64,000 bases of DNA from an archaeon (GTDB lineage Archaea; SpSt-1190; DYHY01). The notes beneath the pieces are model-generated. The model was not told where the DNA came from and did no database searches. It saw nothing but the letters and a program-made list of their open reading frames with translations. Below are positions 7,934 to 18,035 of the stretch, piece by piece. Position 1 is the first letter of the stretch, and each line of letters begins with the position of its first letter. Location: contig JAZDJS010000021.1 of NCBI GenBank assembly GCA_043803745.1, positions 16,738-80,737 on the forward strand, read 5' to 3'. The position numbers and the translations under genes were made by a program.

Positions 7934-9139
7934 TCACTTGAGGCTTTCCCGGGCTGCTGAGATTGCGGCAGGGATTCCTTCCGGGTTCCTGCCCGAACCG
8001 GTGATGAGCGTAGGTTTTCCGCCGCCCCTTCCGGAAACAAGTGGGAAGAGTTTTTCCGAGAGCTTCGGAAGGTCGAGCGCGCATTCAGGAGATTTGGCAA
8101 GGACGACCGTGAAGAAATCCTGTTCAATTCCGCCGAAGATAAGGGCAACCGCGCACGCCTGAGAAACGAGCCTTTCCGCAAGCTCCGCAAGGTCCCTCCG
8201 GTCAAGAATCCCGCAGTAGTTTTTCGAATAGAAGGAAATTTCCCCGAACTTTTCCGGGACGGGGTTCTCCGATTTGGCAATCAGGGCGGATTGCCTCCGG
8301 GAAGTTTCCCTGAGATGGAGGAGTTCCTTCTTCTGATTGACCGCGGTAGGGACGAGCTTTTCCGGCTCAACCTGGAGGGCAAGGGCCAGCTCAAGCGCCC
8401 GGTTCGCAAGGGAGCCTGATTCGGAAACCGCCCGCTCGCCGGCAGCGAACTCTACTATTGTGGACTTTCCGGATTTGTTTATTGAAAGAATCTTGAAATG
8501 GCCTATTTCCGATGTGTTCTGCAAATGCGTCCCCGAGCATGCCGCGAAATCCTCCCCCTCGATTTCGACAATCCGGATGTCCTTTTCCGGAAGCCGTTCC
8601 TCCTTCAGGCGCGAATCCGGGAGGGCTGATTTTGCCTCGGCAAGCGTGGAAAAGATTCTGCTTTTGACTGGGATTGCCCTCCTGATTGCGGAGTTCGTCA
8701 GTTCTTCGGCCTCAAGGAGCTGCCTTGGCTCAAGCTCCCCGGAGAGGAAGAGCTTGCCGCGCTCGGGGGAGAAATCAACCTTGTCTATCCGGACCTCCGG
8801 GCAGACAATTTCGAGCCTTGAGAAAAAGAGGTGCTCTCCGGTGTGGAGCTGCATCAACGGGAAGCGAAAGCCCCATTCTATTTTGCAGTTACAGTCGCCT
8901 GGGGAAAGCGGGGAATCTATTTGATGGAGGATTTCCCCGTCCTTCTCAATTGTGTCAAGGACGCGGGCGGTCCCGATAGCCCCCCTGTCGCCCGGCTGGC
9001 CTCCTCCCTGCGGATGGAACGCCGTCCTGTCAAGGATTGCGAAGGTTTTTCCTGCGAGGATCTTGATTCCTGTGATTCTTGTGGAGAATTCCTTGAGGAA
9101 GGGATCGGCAAGATAGATTTTTCCAGTCTTGGTGGACAT
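7934..9139 (-). CDS. alaX: Alanyl-tRNA editing protein AlaX-L (tRNA synthetase second additional domain + DHHA1)
   Basis: 401 aa. HTGEHLF ... CSGTHL zinc-binding motifs of the AlaX/ThrRS editing fold. C-terminal GGGKP..GSG is DHHA1-like. Confidence 0.7.
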   Translation of the reverse strand: MSTKTGKIYLADPFLKEFSTRITGIKILAGKTFAILDRTAFHPQGGGQPGDRGAIGTARVLDTIEKDGEILHQIDSPLSPGDCNCKIEWGFRFPLMQLHTGEHLFFSRLEIVCPEVRIDKVDFSPERGKLFLSGELEPRQLLEAEELTNSAIRRAIPVKSRIFSTLAEAKSALPDSRLKEERLPEKDIRIVEIEGEDFAACSGTHLQNTSEIGHFKILSINKSGKSTIVEFAAGERAVSESGSLANRALELALALQVEPEKLVPTAVNQKKELLHLRETSRRQSALIAKSENPVPEKFGEISFYSKNYCGILDRRDLAELAERLVSQACAVALIFGGIEQDFFTVVLAKSPECALDLPKLSEKLFPLVSGRGGGKPTLITGSGRNPEGIPAAISAARESLK

Positions 9140-10652
9140 GCTCTTGACCCCCTCGGGGGTTTATTTAGCTGCTTTTTGGGAAAGCTTAATAAGCTTGAAA
9201 AAGAAACCACTTGAAAGGGGTTTAGAATTGCCAGAAGAGGATGTCAGGGAGAACTACCAGGTAGATCCCGAGAGGCTCCAAAATCACCTGCTTTCCGAGG
9301 GAACTGACCTTTCCGGCGGAAAGCCCGTTTATGGCTCGATTGTCCGGGCGATTTCTGATGTTGCAAGGACAACTGATGTCCAGGTTGACGGCGCCCCGAA
9401 GGATTCGGTTTTCGTGCGCGAGCTTTTGGAAGCAATTCCAGAGGCTGAAATTATTTCATCTCCTGGGAAAAGAATCAAGAGGGGTGTCGGAACGGCTGTA
9501 GTCGAGTCATATCCCGGGCTTGACCCCGAAGGATTCCAGGAACTTGTTTCAGCGAACGGCAAGTTGCGGTTCGTTGTCCTCAGATATCCCTCGGATGACG
9601 GATTGCTGGCCTCCTCACCGGAGCTCCTCCCGAGCAGGGGCGCCGCGGTTTTCGCCGGAGCCGAGCAGGATCCGTATTCAACCAAAGAAGACAGGGCGGC
9701 AAGAATTGCAGGGCTTGTCATGCGCGAAGCTGAGTCGCGGGGGGCGGTCATTGAAGGCGCAGCTCTACACCTTGCCTGCGAGCAAACTCTCCGGTTCTGC
9801 GAGGTAAGCAGGTCCGCTGAGGAAGGAGGGATTGACGGAAATTTCGCGGCAATCATTGTTGCAAGGGCGCGGGCAAATGCGGGAAATTCTAGGGAAATTG
9901 CGGAAGATGCAGTGAGGGAAGTAATTCAAAAGGAAGAAGCCCGGATGAAGGGGAAATACGAAAGCTTTGCCAGGTATTTTCCAAAGGGTTATTCGGGAAA
10001 CGGGCGCCTGGTGTTTGAGCTTGGCGTCGATGTTTTCGAAACGGGCGCCCTGGGCGACATGAACATGATGGGGCTTGTAATTGCCCCGGGGCGGGGAAGG
10101 ATAGTTGATTCGCTTGCGAGGTTCGATCCGGAGAACGGGGACCGCGGCGGCGCGTTCTCAAAAGGGAACGACGATGTCCTAAGCTACCTCCTTGACAGAT
10201 ACCCGGGAATATTCTCCTTGCGCGACGCCCGGATAGTTTCGATGTACTGGAACGAGGTGACTGGAGCAAGCTCCTCCGCAATAAAGGCCGCGGGTCTTGA
10301 GGCCTGCATTGCCGGGGTCCCTATACTTGAGAATTTTGCAGGGACTGGAGCAATCGGGGCTAACGGCCTTGTCGAGCATATAGGGGGGGTTAATGAGAAA
10401 ATAGAAGCGGCCCATTACATTTTCAAGAGAAATCGGGCCGGAGAGAACTCGCCGTTCGGTTCAGTCATAATCCCCAGGAGAAATCTTGGAAGGCTTGCCC
10501 TGCCAGACGAGGTTGCCCAGGATGTCCGGGATGGAAACTTCAGGATTTACGCGGTTGACACAATTGAGGAATATGTCGAATGCCTAACTGGAAAAAGCTA
10601 TCAAGAAGTTCACGCGGCTGCGCTTGAAAAAAATCGGACAGGTTCGGGCTAG
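9129..10652 (+). CDS. Lon-like (S16-type) protease domain protein with no evident AAA+ Walker motifs
   Basis: 507 aa. C-terminal TGAIGANGLVEHIGGVNEKIEAAH..VIIPRRN resembles the Lon proteolytic domain (IGGLKEKLLAAH..VIIPKEN). A candidate Ser lies in TGASSSA. No GxxGxGKS motif is present. Confidence 0.45.
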   Translation: MVDMLLTPSGVYLAAFWESLISLKKKPLERGLELPEEDVRENYQVDPERLQNHLLSEGTDLSGGKPVYGSIVRAISDVARTTDVQVDGAPKDSVFVRELLEAIPEAEIISSPGKRIKRGVGTAVVESYPGLDPEGFQELVSANGKLRFVVLRYPSDDGLLASSPELLPSRGAAVFAGAEQDPYSTKEDRAARIAGLVMREAESRGAVIEGAALHLACEQTLRFCEVSRSAEEGGIDGNFAAIIVARARANAGNSREIAEDAVREVIQKEEARMKGKYESFARYFPKGYSGNGRLVFELGVDVFETGALGDMNMMGLVIAPGRGRIVDSLARFDPENGDRGGAFSKGNDDVLSYLLDRYPGIFSLRDARIVSMYWNEVTGASSSAIKAAGLEACIAGVPILENFAGTGAIGANGLVEHIGGVNEKIEAAHYIFKRNRAGENSPFGSVIIPRRNLGRLALPDEVAQDVRDGNFRIYAVDTIEEYVECLTGKSYQEVHAAALEKNRTGSG

Positions 10653-11545
10653 TTTTTCAAAAGGACCCAGATTTCCTTTCTCATTATCGGGGGCTTCCTT
10701 ATTCCAGCTGAACCGGAGAATTTCGCCCCGCCGATTGTTTTCTTGATGAACTCCCTTGCTTCCGCGGAAGGAGCGAAAAAAACGTTCCTTTTCTTTTCAA
10801 GGTCAAGGCAGGAGAGGAATCCTATTGAAACCCCCCGGGCGGAAAAAAGCTTCGGGAGCTCCCTTGAGAGGAGGGAACGGTTGCGCCTAACGAAACTTGC
10901 CCCGTCAGCAGTCTCAATCTGGATTATTCCGACATCGTCTTGGCCTGCAAACTCTTCAGAAAGAACCTTCCCGAGAGGAATTGAAAAATTTTCGGATGCC
11001 TTGAAAAGCCGCTTCAGGAAGCCGTTCGGGAGGCGCGCAATTTTCCTAAGCTTTGAGGCTGCCCGCCGGTCCCGGCCCGTCGTGACCTTTGAACTGAAGT
11101 TAGTTGTGTTGACTGTTATTGCCGAAAGGAGGAGCGCCGCCGAAATCCTTGACGGAACAATCCCTGCTGAAAAGAACCGCTCGGCAACAAGGGTTGCGGC
11201 CGCCCCCACTTGCTCGTTCTGGACCTTCCTTGCGTTAGGGAACAGGTGGAGCTCCCTTGATTTCCTGTGGTCTATTATCTCGACAACATTTTCAAGGGGA
11301 ATTTCCTTCGGAAGCCCGCCCAGCTGGCTTGCGTCAACGAGGATTATTTCGTCGCTTTTGGAAATCCTTTGCTTTTCTGCCCTTAACTTCAACTCATTCA
11401 GAAGAAATTGGCCCATGGGGTCCGGCTTGTCCGAGAAGTGAATCTTGTTCTCTGTTCCGCTCTTCGAAAGGAACTCGGAATAAGCGAGGATACAGGCAGT
11501 GCCATCGGTATCGGGAGACCTGTTCGAGGTTATTATCAGGGACAT
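10649..11545 (-). CDS. DHH-family phosphoesterase (family II inorganic pyrophosphatase / nanoRNase-like)
   Basis: 298 aa with the DHH motifs DTDGTAC, VDASQ, IIDHR and a C-terminal GGAKFSGSAG (DHHA-like). Confidence 0.6.
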   Translation of the reverse strand: MSLIITSNRSPDTDGTACILAYSEFLSKSGTENKIHFSDKPDPMGQFLLNELKLRAEKQRISKSDEIILVDASQLGGLPKEIPLENVVEIIDHRKSRELHLFPNARKVQNEQVGAAATLVAERFFSAGIVPSRISAALLLSAITVNTTNFSSKVTTGRDRRAASKLRKIARLPNGFLKRLFKASENFSIPLGKVLSEEFAGQDDVGIIQIETADGASFVRRNRSLLSRELPKLFSARGVSIGFLSCLDLEKKRNVFFAPSAEAREFIKKTIGGAKFSGSAGIRKPPIMRKEIWVLLKN

Positions 11546-11546
11546 C

Positions 11547-12530
11547 TCAGATCTTCACCGAAAGCCTATTCCCCGTTGCGGGAACTGCCTCGAACCCGAG
11601 AACCCTGAGGGCGGAAAGGATTGGCGCGTCCTTTTTCGTATGGGCGACGACTACTTTTTCCGGGTTGCAGCCGGAAACGAAATCAAGGATTTCCTGGAAA
11701 TCGGCATGGTCGGAAAGGGGGATTGCGGAAGAATATCCCCTGAAGAAGCGCGCGCCGGCAGCCCAACCGGTGAAAACCGCAGAGCGGAAACCGCTCTTCT
11801 CAAGCCTTGCCGAGAATGGCGTGTTCTTGACTGTCAAGGGAGCGACCACAATCACAGGGTCCTTGGAATGGATAAGCTTGTCAGCCTGCTTCGTGCCGAA
11901 GAGGAGGGACGCCCCGACCGGATGGTTGAATTTCTCCGAGATTCTGTTCGCGGCGAAAACCTCCGCCTGGGCAATCACGGGGATTGAGAGTTCGCTTGCA
12001 ATCCGGGTTAGGAGCTGGGCCTTGCCATAGGAATAGCCATAGAAGATCGCCCTGCTCCCGGAGGCTTCGAGAAATTCCTTTGCGGAATCTATTACCGAAT
12101 CGAGCCGGGGGAAGGAAAATTCGGGCTTGCCGAAGGTTGCGTCGACAATCAGGACCTTGCATTCCTCGGGGCGGGCGCCCTTGAGGAAGAACCGGTCCCT
12201 CGTTGAAAAATCTCCCGTGTAAAGGACCTTTCCCGCCTTGGTTTCAACCGAGATCATCTTGGAGCCGACCATGTGACCGGCATCGGAAAGCTTCACCCGG
12301 TTTATTCTGGGGCTTTCCGGAAGCTCAAGTCCCCATCTTTCCCTTGCAAAAGCCCGTGTTTCCTTCGAGGCAATCCCGAGCGCATCTGGAAGGAGCTTCC
12401 CGGGGAGATGGTCTGTGTGCGCGTGGGAAACGAAGGAAAGTCCTGATGCGGTTTTCCCGTCAAGGAGGATTGAAAAATCGCTTTCCCTGATCAGGAAGCC
12501 TCCTCCGGGGTTTGACGAGATTTCAGCCAT
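11547..12530 (-). CDS. Metallo-beta-lactamase fold hydrolase, beta-CASP-like nuclease
   Basis: 327 aa. HAHTDH (HxHxDH), DAGH, DATFG, and SDHADF near the C-terminus, which are beta-CASP motifs A-C. Confidence 0.55.
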   Translation of the reverse strand: MAEISSNPGGGFLIRESDFSILLDGKTASGLSFVSHAHTDHLPGKLLPDALGIASKETRAFARERWGLELPESPRINRVKLSDAGHMVGSKMISVETKAGKVLYTGDFSTRDRFFLKGARPEECKVLIVDATFGKPEFSFPRLDSVIDSAKEFLEASGSRAIFYGYSYGKAQLLTRIASELSIPVIAQAEVFAANRISEKFNHPVGASLLFGTKQADKLIHSKDPVIVVAPLTVKNTPFSARLEKSGFRSAVFTGWAAGARFFRGYSSAIPLSDHADFQEILDFVSGCNPEKVVVAHTKKDAPILSALRVLGFEAVPATGNRLSVKI

Positions 12531-12570
12531 TTTTTCCTTTTCTTCTTTTCAACGGCGCGGAAGAAGCTGC

Positions 12571-12777
12571 CTACTCCGCCTTTCCTTCGTGCTTTTCCCT
12601 GGTCCTCGAGAAATTGATGTTGTCAACGAAAAGCGCTGCAAGGAGTAATGGTATTGAGAAGGCGCCTGCAATTGCGGGCCAGTAGGCATAGTTCCAATTC
12701 GTTGCCCCTCTGATTATCCCGACAAGGAGGATTCCCGCCAAAATCCCTATTAGGATTTTCTGCTTCCGTTCTTCCAC
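12571..12777 (-). CDS. Small membrane protein (68 aa, one or two TM helices)
   Basis: Hydrophobic core ILIGILAGILLVGII ... AIAGAFSIPLLLAALF. Confidence 0.3.
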   Translation of the reverse strand: MEERKQKILIGILAGILLVGIIRGATNWNYAYWPAIAGAFSIPLLLAALFVDNINFSRTREKHEGKAE

Positions 12778-12842
12778 GAAGGGGATTTTCCGGCAAGGAT
12801 ATAAAACAGTTGCCCCTTTCTCCCTTGCCGGGGAAAAGTGAA

Positions 12843-13883
12843 ATGGGCCTTCAGATAAGGGAAATCATTCCGAAATCCGCCGTTAGCGCGGTTTCCCTGG
12901 ATTCTTTCAAAGGAACCGTCGTTGCGGTCGATGCATTCAACGCGCTCTACCAGTTCCTTGCGACAATCCGGCAGCAGGACGGTACGCCTCTTATGGATTC
13001 GGCGGGGAAGGTTACGAGCCATTTGTCCGGGATTTTCTACAGGAACATCCGGCTTCTTGAGGCTGGGGCGCGGATTGTCTATGTTTTCGACGGGAAAGCC
13101 GGGGCTGAAAAGGCGGAGACAATCAGGAAGCGGGAGGAAACCAAGAAGAAAGCCGAGGAGAAATACGAGGCAGCTGTTGAGGAAGGGGACCTTGAATCGG
13201 CAAGGAAATATGCCCAGGCAACAAGCAGGCTTGACACCCAGATGATTGAGGAGGCGAAAAGCCTCCTGAAAGCAATGGGAATTCCCGTTGTTAACGCGCC
13301 CTCCGAGGGGGAATCCCAGGCAAGCTTCCTTGCAAAGGAAGGGAAAGCGAATTTTGCGGCAAGCCAGGATTACGACTGCCTCCTTTTCGGCGCGCCAATC
13401 CTTGTACGGAACCTGAGCGCAACAAGCAGAAGGCGCGCGCCCGGCGGGAAATATGTCGAGGTTCCGATTGAGGCAATTGAGCTTGCGAAGGTTCTTGAGG
13501 GTTTGAAGCTTGACAGGGAACAGCTTGTTGCGCTCGGGATTCTTGTCGGAACTGATTATAATCCGGGGGGAATCAAGGGGATTGGCCCGAAAAAGGCGCT
13601 CAATTTGATTGAAAGTGAAAAAACCTTTGAAAGGATTTTCAAACAGGTTTCGGACAAATGGACTTTCGGGATAACTCCGGAGGAAATCCGGGAGCTTTTT
13701 CTGAATCCGAAAGTTGACTCTTCAGTTGAAATCGGCGAGGAAACTCTCGATTCAGCCAAGATAAAGGAGATTCTTTGCGGCAAGCACGAGTTCTCAGCAG
13801 AGAGAATTGATTCATCGCTCAGCAAGCTTCAGAGTATTGTTTCCGAGTCTAAAAAGCAGAAAGGCTTGAATGAGTGGTTTTAG
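12843..13883 (+). CDS. fen: Flap endonuclease 1 (FEN-1)
   Basis: MGLQIREIIPKSA...VVAVDAFNALYQFL...VYVFDGKAGAEK...GIPVVNAPSEGESQASFL...QDYDCLLFGAP. This is canonical archaeal FEN1. Start chosen at the internal ATG at 12843. Confidence 0.9.
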   Translation: MGLQIREIIPKSAVSAVSLDSFKGTVVAVDAFNALYQFLATIRQQDGTPLMDSAGKVTSHLSGIFYRNIRLLEAGARIVYVFDGKAGAEKAETIRKREETKKKAEEKYEAAVEEGDLESARKYAQATSRLDTQMIEEAKSLLKAMGIPVVNAPSEGESQASFLAKEGKANFAASQDYDCLLFGAPILVRNLSATSRRRAPGGKYVEVPIEAIELAKVLEGLKLDREQLVALGILVGTDYNPGGIKGIGPKKALNLIESEKTFERIFKQVSDKWTFGITPEEIRELFLNPKVDSSVEIGEETLDSAKIKEILCGKHEFSAERIDSSLSKLQSIVSESKKQKGLNEWF

Positions 13884-14229
13884 AGCTGAAAAAGAGATTT
13901 TCCCGGCTATAGCCCCTAAATGCAAAAACCGAGATTGCATTAACCGTATTTCGTCTGTTTGCGTTCTTCTTTTCCATTTCCTTGTTTTCCAGGTTCCGGT
14001 GTTCTTTTTTCTTTTCTTGATCAGTCCTTTTTACTCAACAAGAGCCAATATCTTGCTGAGAAGAACTGCGTTTGCAGCTACCAGGGCTGCGATTGCTCCC
14101 AGTAGTGCTCCTGTCACTACCACGTTCTCCCCCCTCCCCATTACATATGCCCTCAATTTGCTTAAAGAGTTTATTGTAAGTACCTTACAACAGTGCTATT
14201 CCTGATTTTGACCGGATAGGGACAAATTT

Positions 14230-15084
14230 TCAATTTCTTGCGCTGAAAAAACCGTCGAAATCCTCGTATTTTTCCGCCCCGTCAGCTTCCTTAAGGAGCG
14301 CAAAGCCGTCCTTCAGGTCCTTCCCAAGGCAGGCTCCGGCAAGGATTGCGGAAACGATCGGGGTCCTCCGCTTGAACTTCCCAATCCTTTCTTGGGAGAA
14401 CCTTTCCAAATAGACTTGCTTCTCTCCGGAAGTGAGCTCGTCCCAGGAAACGAACCCCCAGTTGGAAAAGCCGGAGATTTCCGCTTCATCCCTGACTGAT
14501 TTTACCAGAGAGAGGGCGCCGTTCAGGGAAGTTGCCCGCTCCTTTCTCCTTGTATGCCAGCCGGTAAGGGCTTCGCCATAAAGGCAGTCCCCGTCGAAAA
14601 GAAGGAGGAGCTTTTCGTGGTTGAGGTTGTATCTCCTGGGGCGGAAGCTTCCGGCCTCGGAAATTGGATGGTGTTCCGAAACCCTTGGGAACCCCGTGGG
14701 GAACTCTCGGGGAAGGCCGGCAGTAACATAGACGGTTCGCTTTTTCTTGGCAATTTCCGGGCTGAATGAGGAGCAGCCAATGCTTCCTGGGGAATACTGG
14801 GTGTCTGTGTGCTGGTCAACGAATAGGACGGGGTGTTCCGCGGAGTATTTTGCTGAGAAAGGATAGTCATAGTGATGAAATGCGTTGGACGGTCCAAGAA
14901 TGTATGCAGGAACTTGAACCTGTTCGAACGTCTTTAGGAGGGCTGCGTTACCAGGTTCCCATATGAAAAAGTCCTCCGCAGGAAGGGGGAGCGGAGCAAG
15001 AGTCTCACCCCAGAGGAGCTTGAGAACCTTCGCAGTCCGTTCGGGGGATTCCGAGCCGGCTATTTCAAGGGCGTAGCCTTGCAT
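14230..15084 (-). CDS. Hypothetical protein (possible arginase/deacetylase-like fold, LFVDQHTDT)
   Basis: 284-aa ORF. Only a weak DxHxD-like motif. Confidence 0.4.
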   Translation of the reverse strand: MQGYALEIAGSESPERTAKVLKLLWGETLAPLPLPAEDFFIWEPGNAALLKTFEQVQVPAYILGPSNAFHHYDYPFSAKYSAEHPVLFVDQHTDTQYSPGSIGCSSFSPEIAKKKRTVYVTAGLPREFPTGFPRVSEHHPISEAGSFRPRRYNLNHEKLLLLFDGDCLYGEALTGWHTRRKERATSLNGALSLVKSVRDEAEISGFSNWGFVSWDELTSGEKQVYLERFSQERIGKFKRRTPIVSAILAGACLGKDLKDGFALLKEADGAEKYEDFDGFFSARN

Positions 15085-15213
15085 TCCGAGAGAAAGGAGA
15101 GACCACTTAATAATGGTTTCTCAGGCAAATATGTTTCTGAGTTTAATGGTTACTTAAAAGGAGTAAAAAAAGAAAGGATTATAAGGCTGCCTTGACCGAT
15201 ATAGGCTGCTGAA

Positions 15214-16680
15214 ATGGCGAACTTTGGAACTGAGGAGCTTGAAAGAGAGCTTGGGGGAGCTTTCGCAATATTCTCAGTTTCTCCCTCCGACCAGGAAAAG
15301 ATCCGCGCCCGGCTTAAAGAGATCAGGGAAGTTGACGAGGAAACATACCGGCATTCTGTGCGGGACGGACTGAAAGCTTCTGAAATCGCGAGCTACCTGA
15401 ATCTTGACCCGAAACCGGCTCTCATTTCAGGGAGCCTTCATGATTTCGGGAAAACTAAAGTTCCTGAAGCGCTCCTTAGAAAAAAATCCGGCTTTTCCGA
15501 GGAAGATTATGCTGTAATGGAAGGGCACGTCCTTGCCGGCTACGAGGCTCTTAAGGTTGATTTCCCCTTCTCAGCTGAAATCCTCCTAAGGCATCACATA
15601 TTCCAGGAAAGGGGTTATCCGAAAAGCCTGCCAAAGCCAAGCAAACCATTTTCCGAAGGAACCCTTGCAACAATCGGCTTCTATTCAAGGCTGCTTGCCC
15701 TTGCGGATTTTTACGACGCAATAACAACGAGGAAGAACGACATGTTCGGGGGGGCGCTTTCGAAAGCTGATGCAAAGGCCATTTTCCTTGCCAAGAGCCC
15801 GGACCAAAAAAGGCTGATAAATGCTCTTTACAATAATTCGGTTTTCGACAGCGGGGAGAAAGCTGATTCCGGAAAGGAGGGAATTTACCCCCTTGCGTTT
15901 GGAAGGGCTGCGGAAACCAGGCAACCGCGGGAAATAAGGCGGCTTGTGACCCTTGCCTCCGCCCTTGAGCCCCTCTCCGACAAACCTGGACTGACAACAA
16001 GGCATTCTGACATTAGCAGGCACCTGAAACTTCCCTATTTCGTTGCTTCAGCAATAAACATCGGGGATGCTTTCGAGGATTTGGCTGAATCCCTGGCCGG
16101 AGGGACCCAACCAGATGAAATTTACAGCCACGCCCTTACCGCGCAACTCGAAGCTGTAAGAAATAGGGATGGGGGAAGGGTAATACAGGGAGAAATAGAG
16201 CTTTTCCTCCCAATTGTTGCGGCGCAGATTCTCTATGACCGGGACAGAACCCTTTCCGTTGACGAACTTCTTGGCAAGGCTGTTGAAGTCCTGAAAGCGA
16301 CGGGTGAAGTGGATGTGAAAAATCTCTGGGAAATGAAAGCTGCCGCGAACGCCCTTTCAGAATATGCGCGGACAGTTCCGGAGCATCCGGAAGCCAAAAG
16401 CGTTTACGACTATTACCTCTTCGACCTTGGCTCGTCTGAAGGGAAGCCGACAAGCGTTGCCCATAACGGAGAGTTCGTGCGGGGATTCCCAGCTGTCAGG
16501 AAAGCTTACGAGCTTATTTCAGGAAGTGGGAAGAAGGATTTCAACAAGCGGGTTGAGGAAGCTTATGCACAAATCCGGCTCGAAACCCCGGAAGTTTCCC
16601 CCGGCTTCACCGCCGACTGCATTGCGGCTGGGATTTACCTAGCGCTTTCCCAGAACCCTAGAGAGAAATTAATCAAATAA
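15214..16680 (+). CDS. HD-domain phosphohydrolase family protein
   Basis: 488 aa. ISGSLHDFGKTKVPEALL ... MEGHVLAGYEAL gives the HD motif context. A TATA-like GATTATAAGG lies about 33 bp upstream. Confidence 0.5.
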   Translation: MANFGTEELERELGGAFAIFSVSPSDQEKIRARLKEIREVDEETYRHSVRDGLKASEIASYLNLDPKPALISGSLHDFGKTKVPEALLRKKSGFSEEDYAVMEGHVLAGYEALKVDFPFSAEILLRHHIFQERGYPKSLPKPSKPFSEGTLATIGFYSRLLALADFYDAITTRKNDMFGGALSKADAKAIFLAKSPDQKRLINALYNNSVFDSGEKADSGKEGIYPLAFGRAAETRQPREIRRLVTLASALEPLSDKPGLTTRHSDISRHLKLPYFVASAINIGDAFEDLAESLAGGTQPDEIYSHALTAQLEAVRNRDGGRVIQGEIELFLPIVAAQILYDRDRTLSVDELLGKAVEVLKATGEVDVKNLWEMKAAANALSEYARTVPEHPEAKSVYDYYLFDLGSSEGKPTSVAHNGEFVRGFPAVRKAYELISGSGKKDFNKRVEEAYAQIRLETPEVSPGFTADCIAAGIYLALSQNPREKLIK

Positions 16681-16682
16681 GT

Positions 16683-17027
16683 CTAGGCAAAGTTCTCGAA
16701 AAGCTCGGATTTCTGGGCCATCAGGGCGGCTCCAATGAAGGAAATCGCGACAAGGAACCGGAGGATGAAGTCGACAAGGAGGAGAATCGGAATTTCCCCG
16801 TGGTTCGTTATTATCTCCGAGGAGATGAAAAGCGTGAACCCGTTGAAGAAAAGCGCGAGATAGAGGAGGACGAATACGAGGTCGTTCTTGGTCATCGTGA
16901 CATATGTTTTCGAGACTGTTATCTTCTTGAAGACAATTGACGTGAATATCCGGAGGGCTGCCGCATAGCCGAGGAGGTAGACTACTGATGCAATGAATCC
17001 GGGGGAAATGTGTATGCTTACCGCCAT
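16683..17027 (-). CDS. Small membrane protein (114 aa, about 3 TM helices)
   Basis: Hydrophobic segments. An alternative frame (16669-17034) looks less protein-like. Confidence 0.35.
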   Translation of the reverse strand: MAVSIHISPGFIASVVYLLGYAAALRIFTSIVFKKITVSKTYVTMTKNDLVFVLLYLALFFNGFTLFISSEIITNHGEIPILLLVDFILRFLVAISFIGAALMAQKSELFENFA

Positions 17028-17078
17028 CCCCCATTCTAGGCTGCCGATACTATTTAATGAGATTGGAAAAACCGCTTT

Positions 17079-17972
17079 TCACCTGACAATCGCGCCCGGA
17101 TATTTTTCAGCCAGGCTTTCGACTTCGCCGGGGTCGAAGGGAACTGAACTGATGATGATGTCGGGAGCTTTTGCAAGCCCGTCCTTGTATTTCCTCAAGG
17201 CGCCTTCGGGATTCACAAGAAGTTCGCTCAGGAATGCGAGCTCATTACCCGCGGACGGATATTCCCGAGAGCTTATCGGAAGGGCCTGCCACAGGAAGCC
17301 GTACCAGTGTGTTAGGATGTTGTCAGTTACTGCCTCAAGCAGTCCGGGAGTTTTCAAGTTCTTCCGGGGTTCCGGACGACCCATTCCGGGAACTTTCAGT
17401 TCCGGAACATCCCAGCCCGCCGCAACAGTTTCCCCGACACTGGAAATTAGCTCATCGGCTGCGGAATATCCCGCGCCTTCCCGGAGCTTGGAACGCCTTC
17501 CCAGCGACAGGTATTCGCCTTTCGGAAGGGTGAAAAGAACGTCCGGAGGATATTCGGTCTCCGTCTTGTAGGGAGGGAATTTCCCGGAAAAAACGTGCAT
17601 AATTCCGTGGGCAATTTCTCTTGAACCGGCCCAGGGGGCAAGGAAAACGATTGGATGACCGCACGCGGACTGCTCTGAAAGCAAGGTGTATTCGCTAAGG
17701 ATGGATTCCCTTGGAAAGTCCGCGAGCTCCCAACCCCCTTCGCACGGAAGGAAGGTTTCCACGCGTTTGGGACCTCTGGGAAGCGCAGGTACGAAATAAG
17801 CGTCAATTGAAACTTCCAGAACCTGTTCAAACTTTCCAGCAATTATTTCCGCCTGTTTTGCAATCCTGGAGTATTCTCGCTCAAGGAGAAAGGGCGGGAG
17901 GGGAAAAGAGCTTGCTTCGGAAAGCAGAGCAAGATCTTCTTTGCCGAATCCAATTGCGGTCAAGTCGGGCAT
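17079..17972 (-). CDS. Hypothetical protein
   Basis: 297-aa ORF with no recognised motif. Confidence 0.4.
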   Translation of the reverse strand: MPDLTAIGFGKEDLALLSEASSFPLPPFLLEREYSRIAKQAEIIAGKFEQVLEVSIDAYFVPALPRGPKRVETFLPCEGGWELADFPRESILSEYTLLSEQSACGHPIVFLAPWAGSREIAHGIMHVFSGKFPPYKTETEYPPDVLFTLPKGEYLSLGRRSKLREGAGYSAADELISSVGETVAAGWDVPELKVPGMGRPEPRKNLKTPGLLEAVTDNILTHWYGFLWQALPISSREYPSAGNELAFLSELLVNPEGALRKYKDGLAKAPDIIISSVPFDPGEVESLAEKYPGAIVR

Positions 17973-18035
17973 TCTTGCGGGGAAAAATCAGGCTTGCTTT
18001 AAAACAATTATCTATTTTCAAGTGGTCAATTCGAC

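Noticed and set aside
6114-9214. Numerous ORFs antisense or out-of-frame to the DUF333 protein and AlaX (for example 6752-7381, 7557-8084, 7834-8280, 8337-8924, 8831-9214)
   Set aside because: They are nested within longer ORFs that have recognisable domains. They have Arg/Ser/Pro-rich composition typical of spurious GC-rich ORFs.
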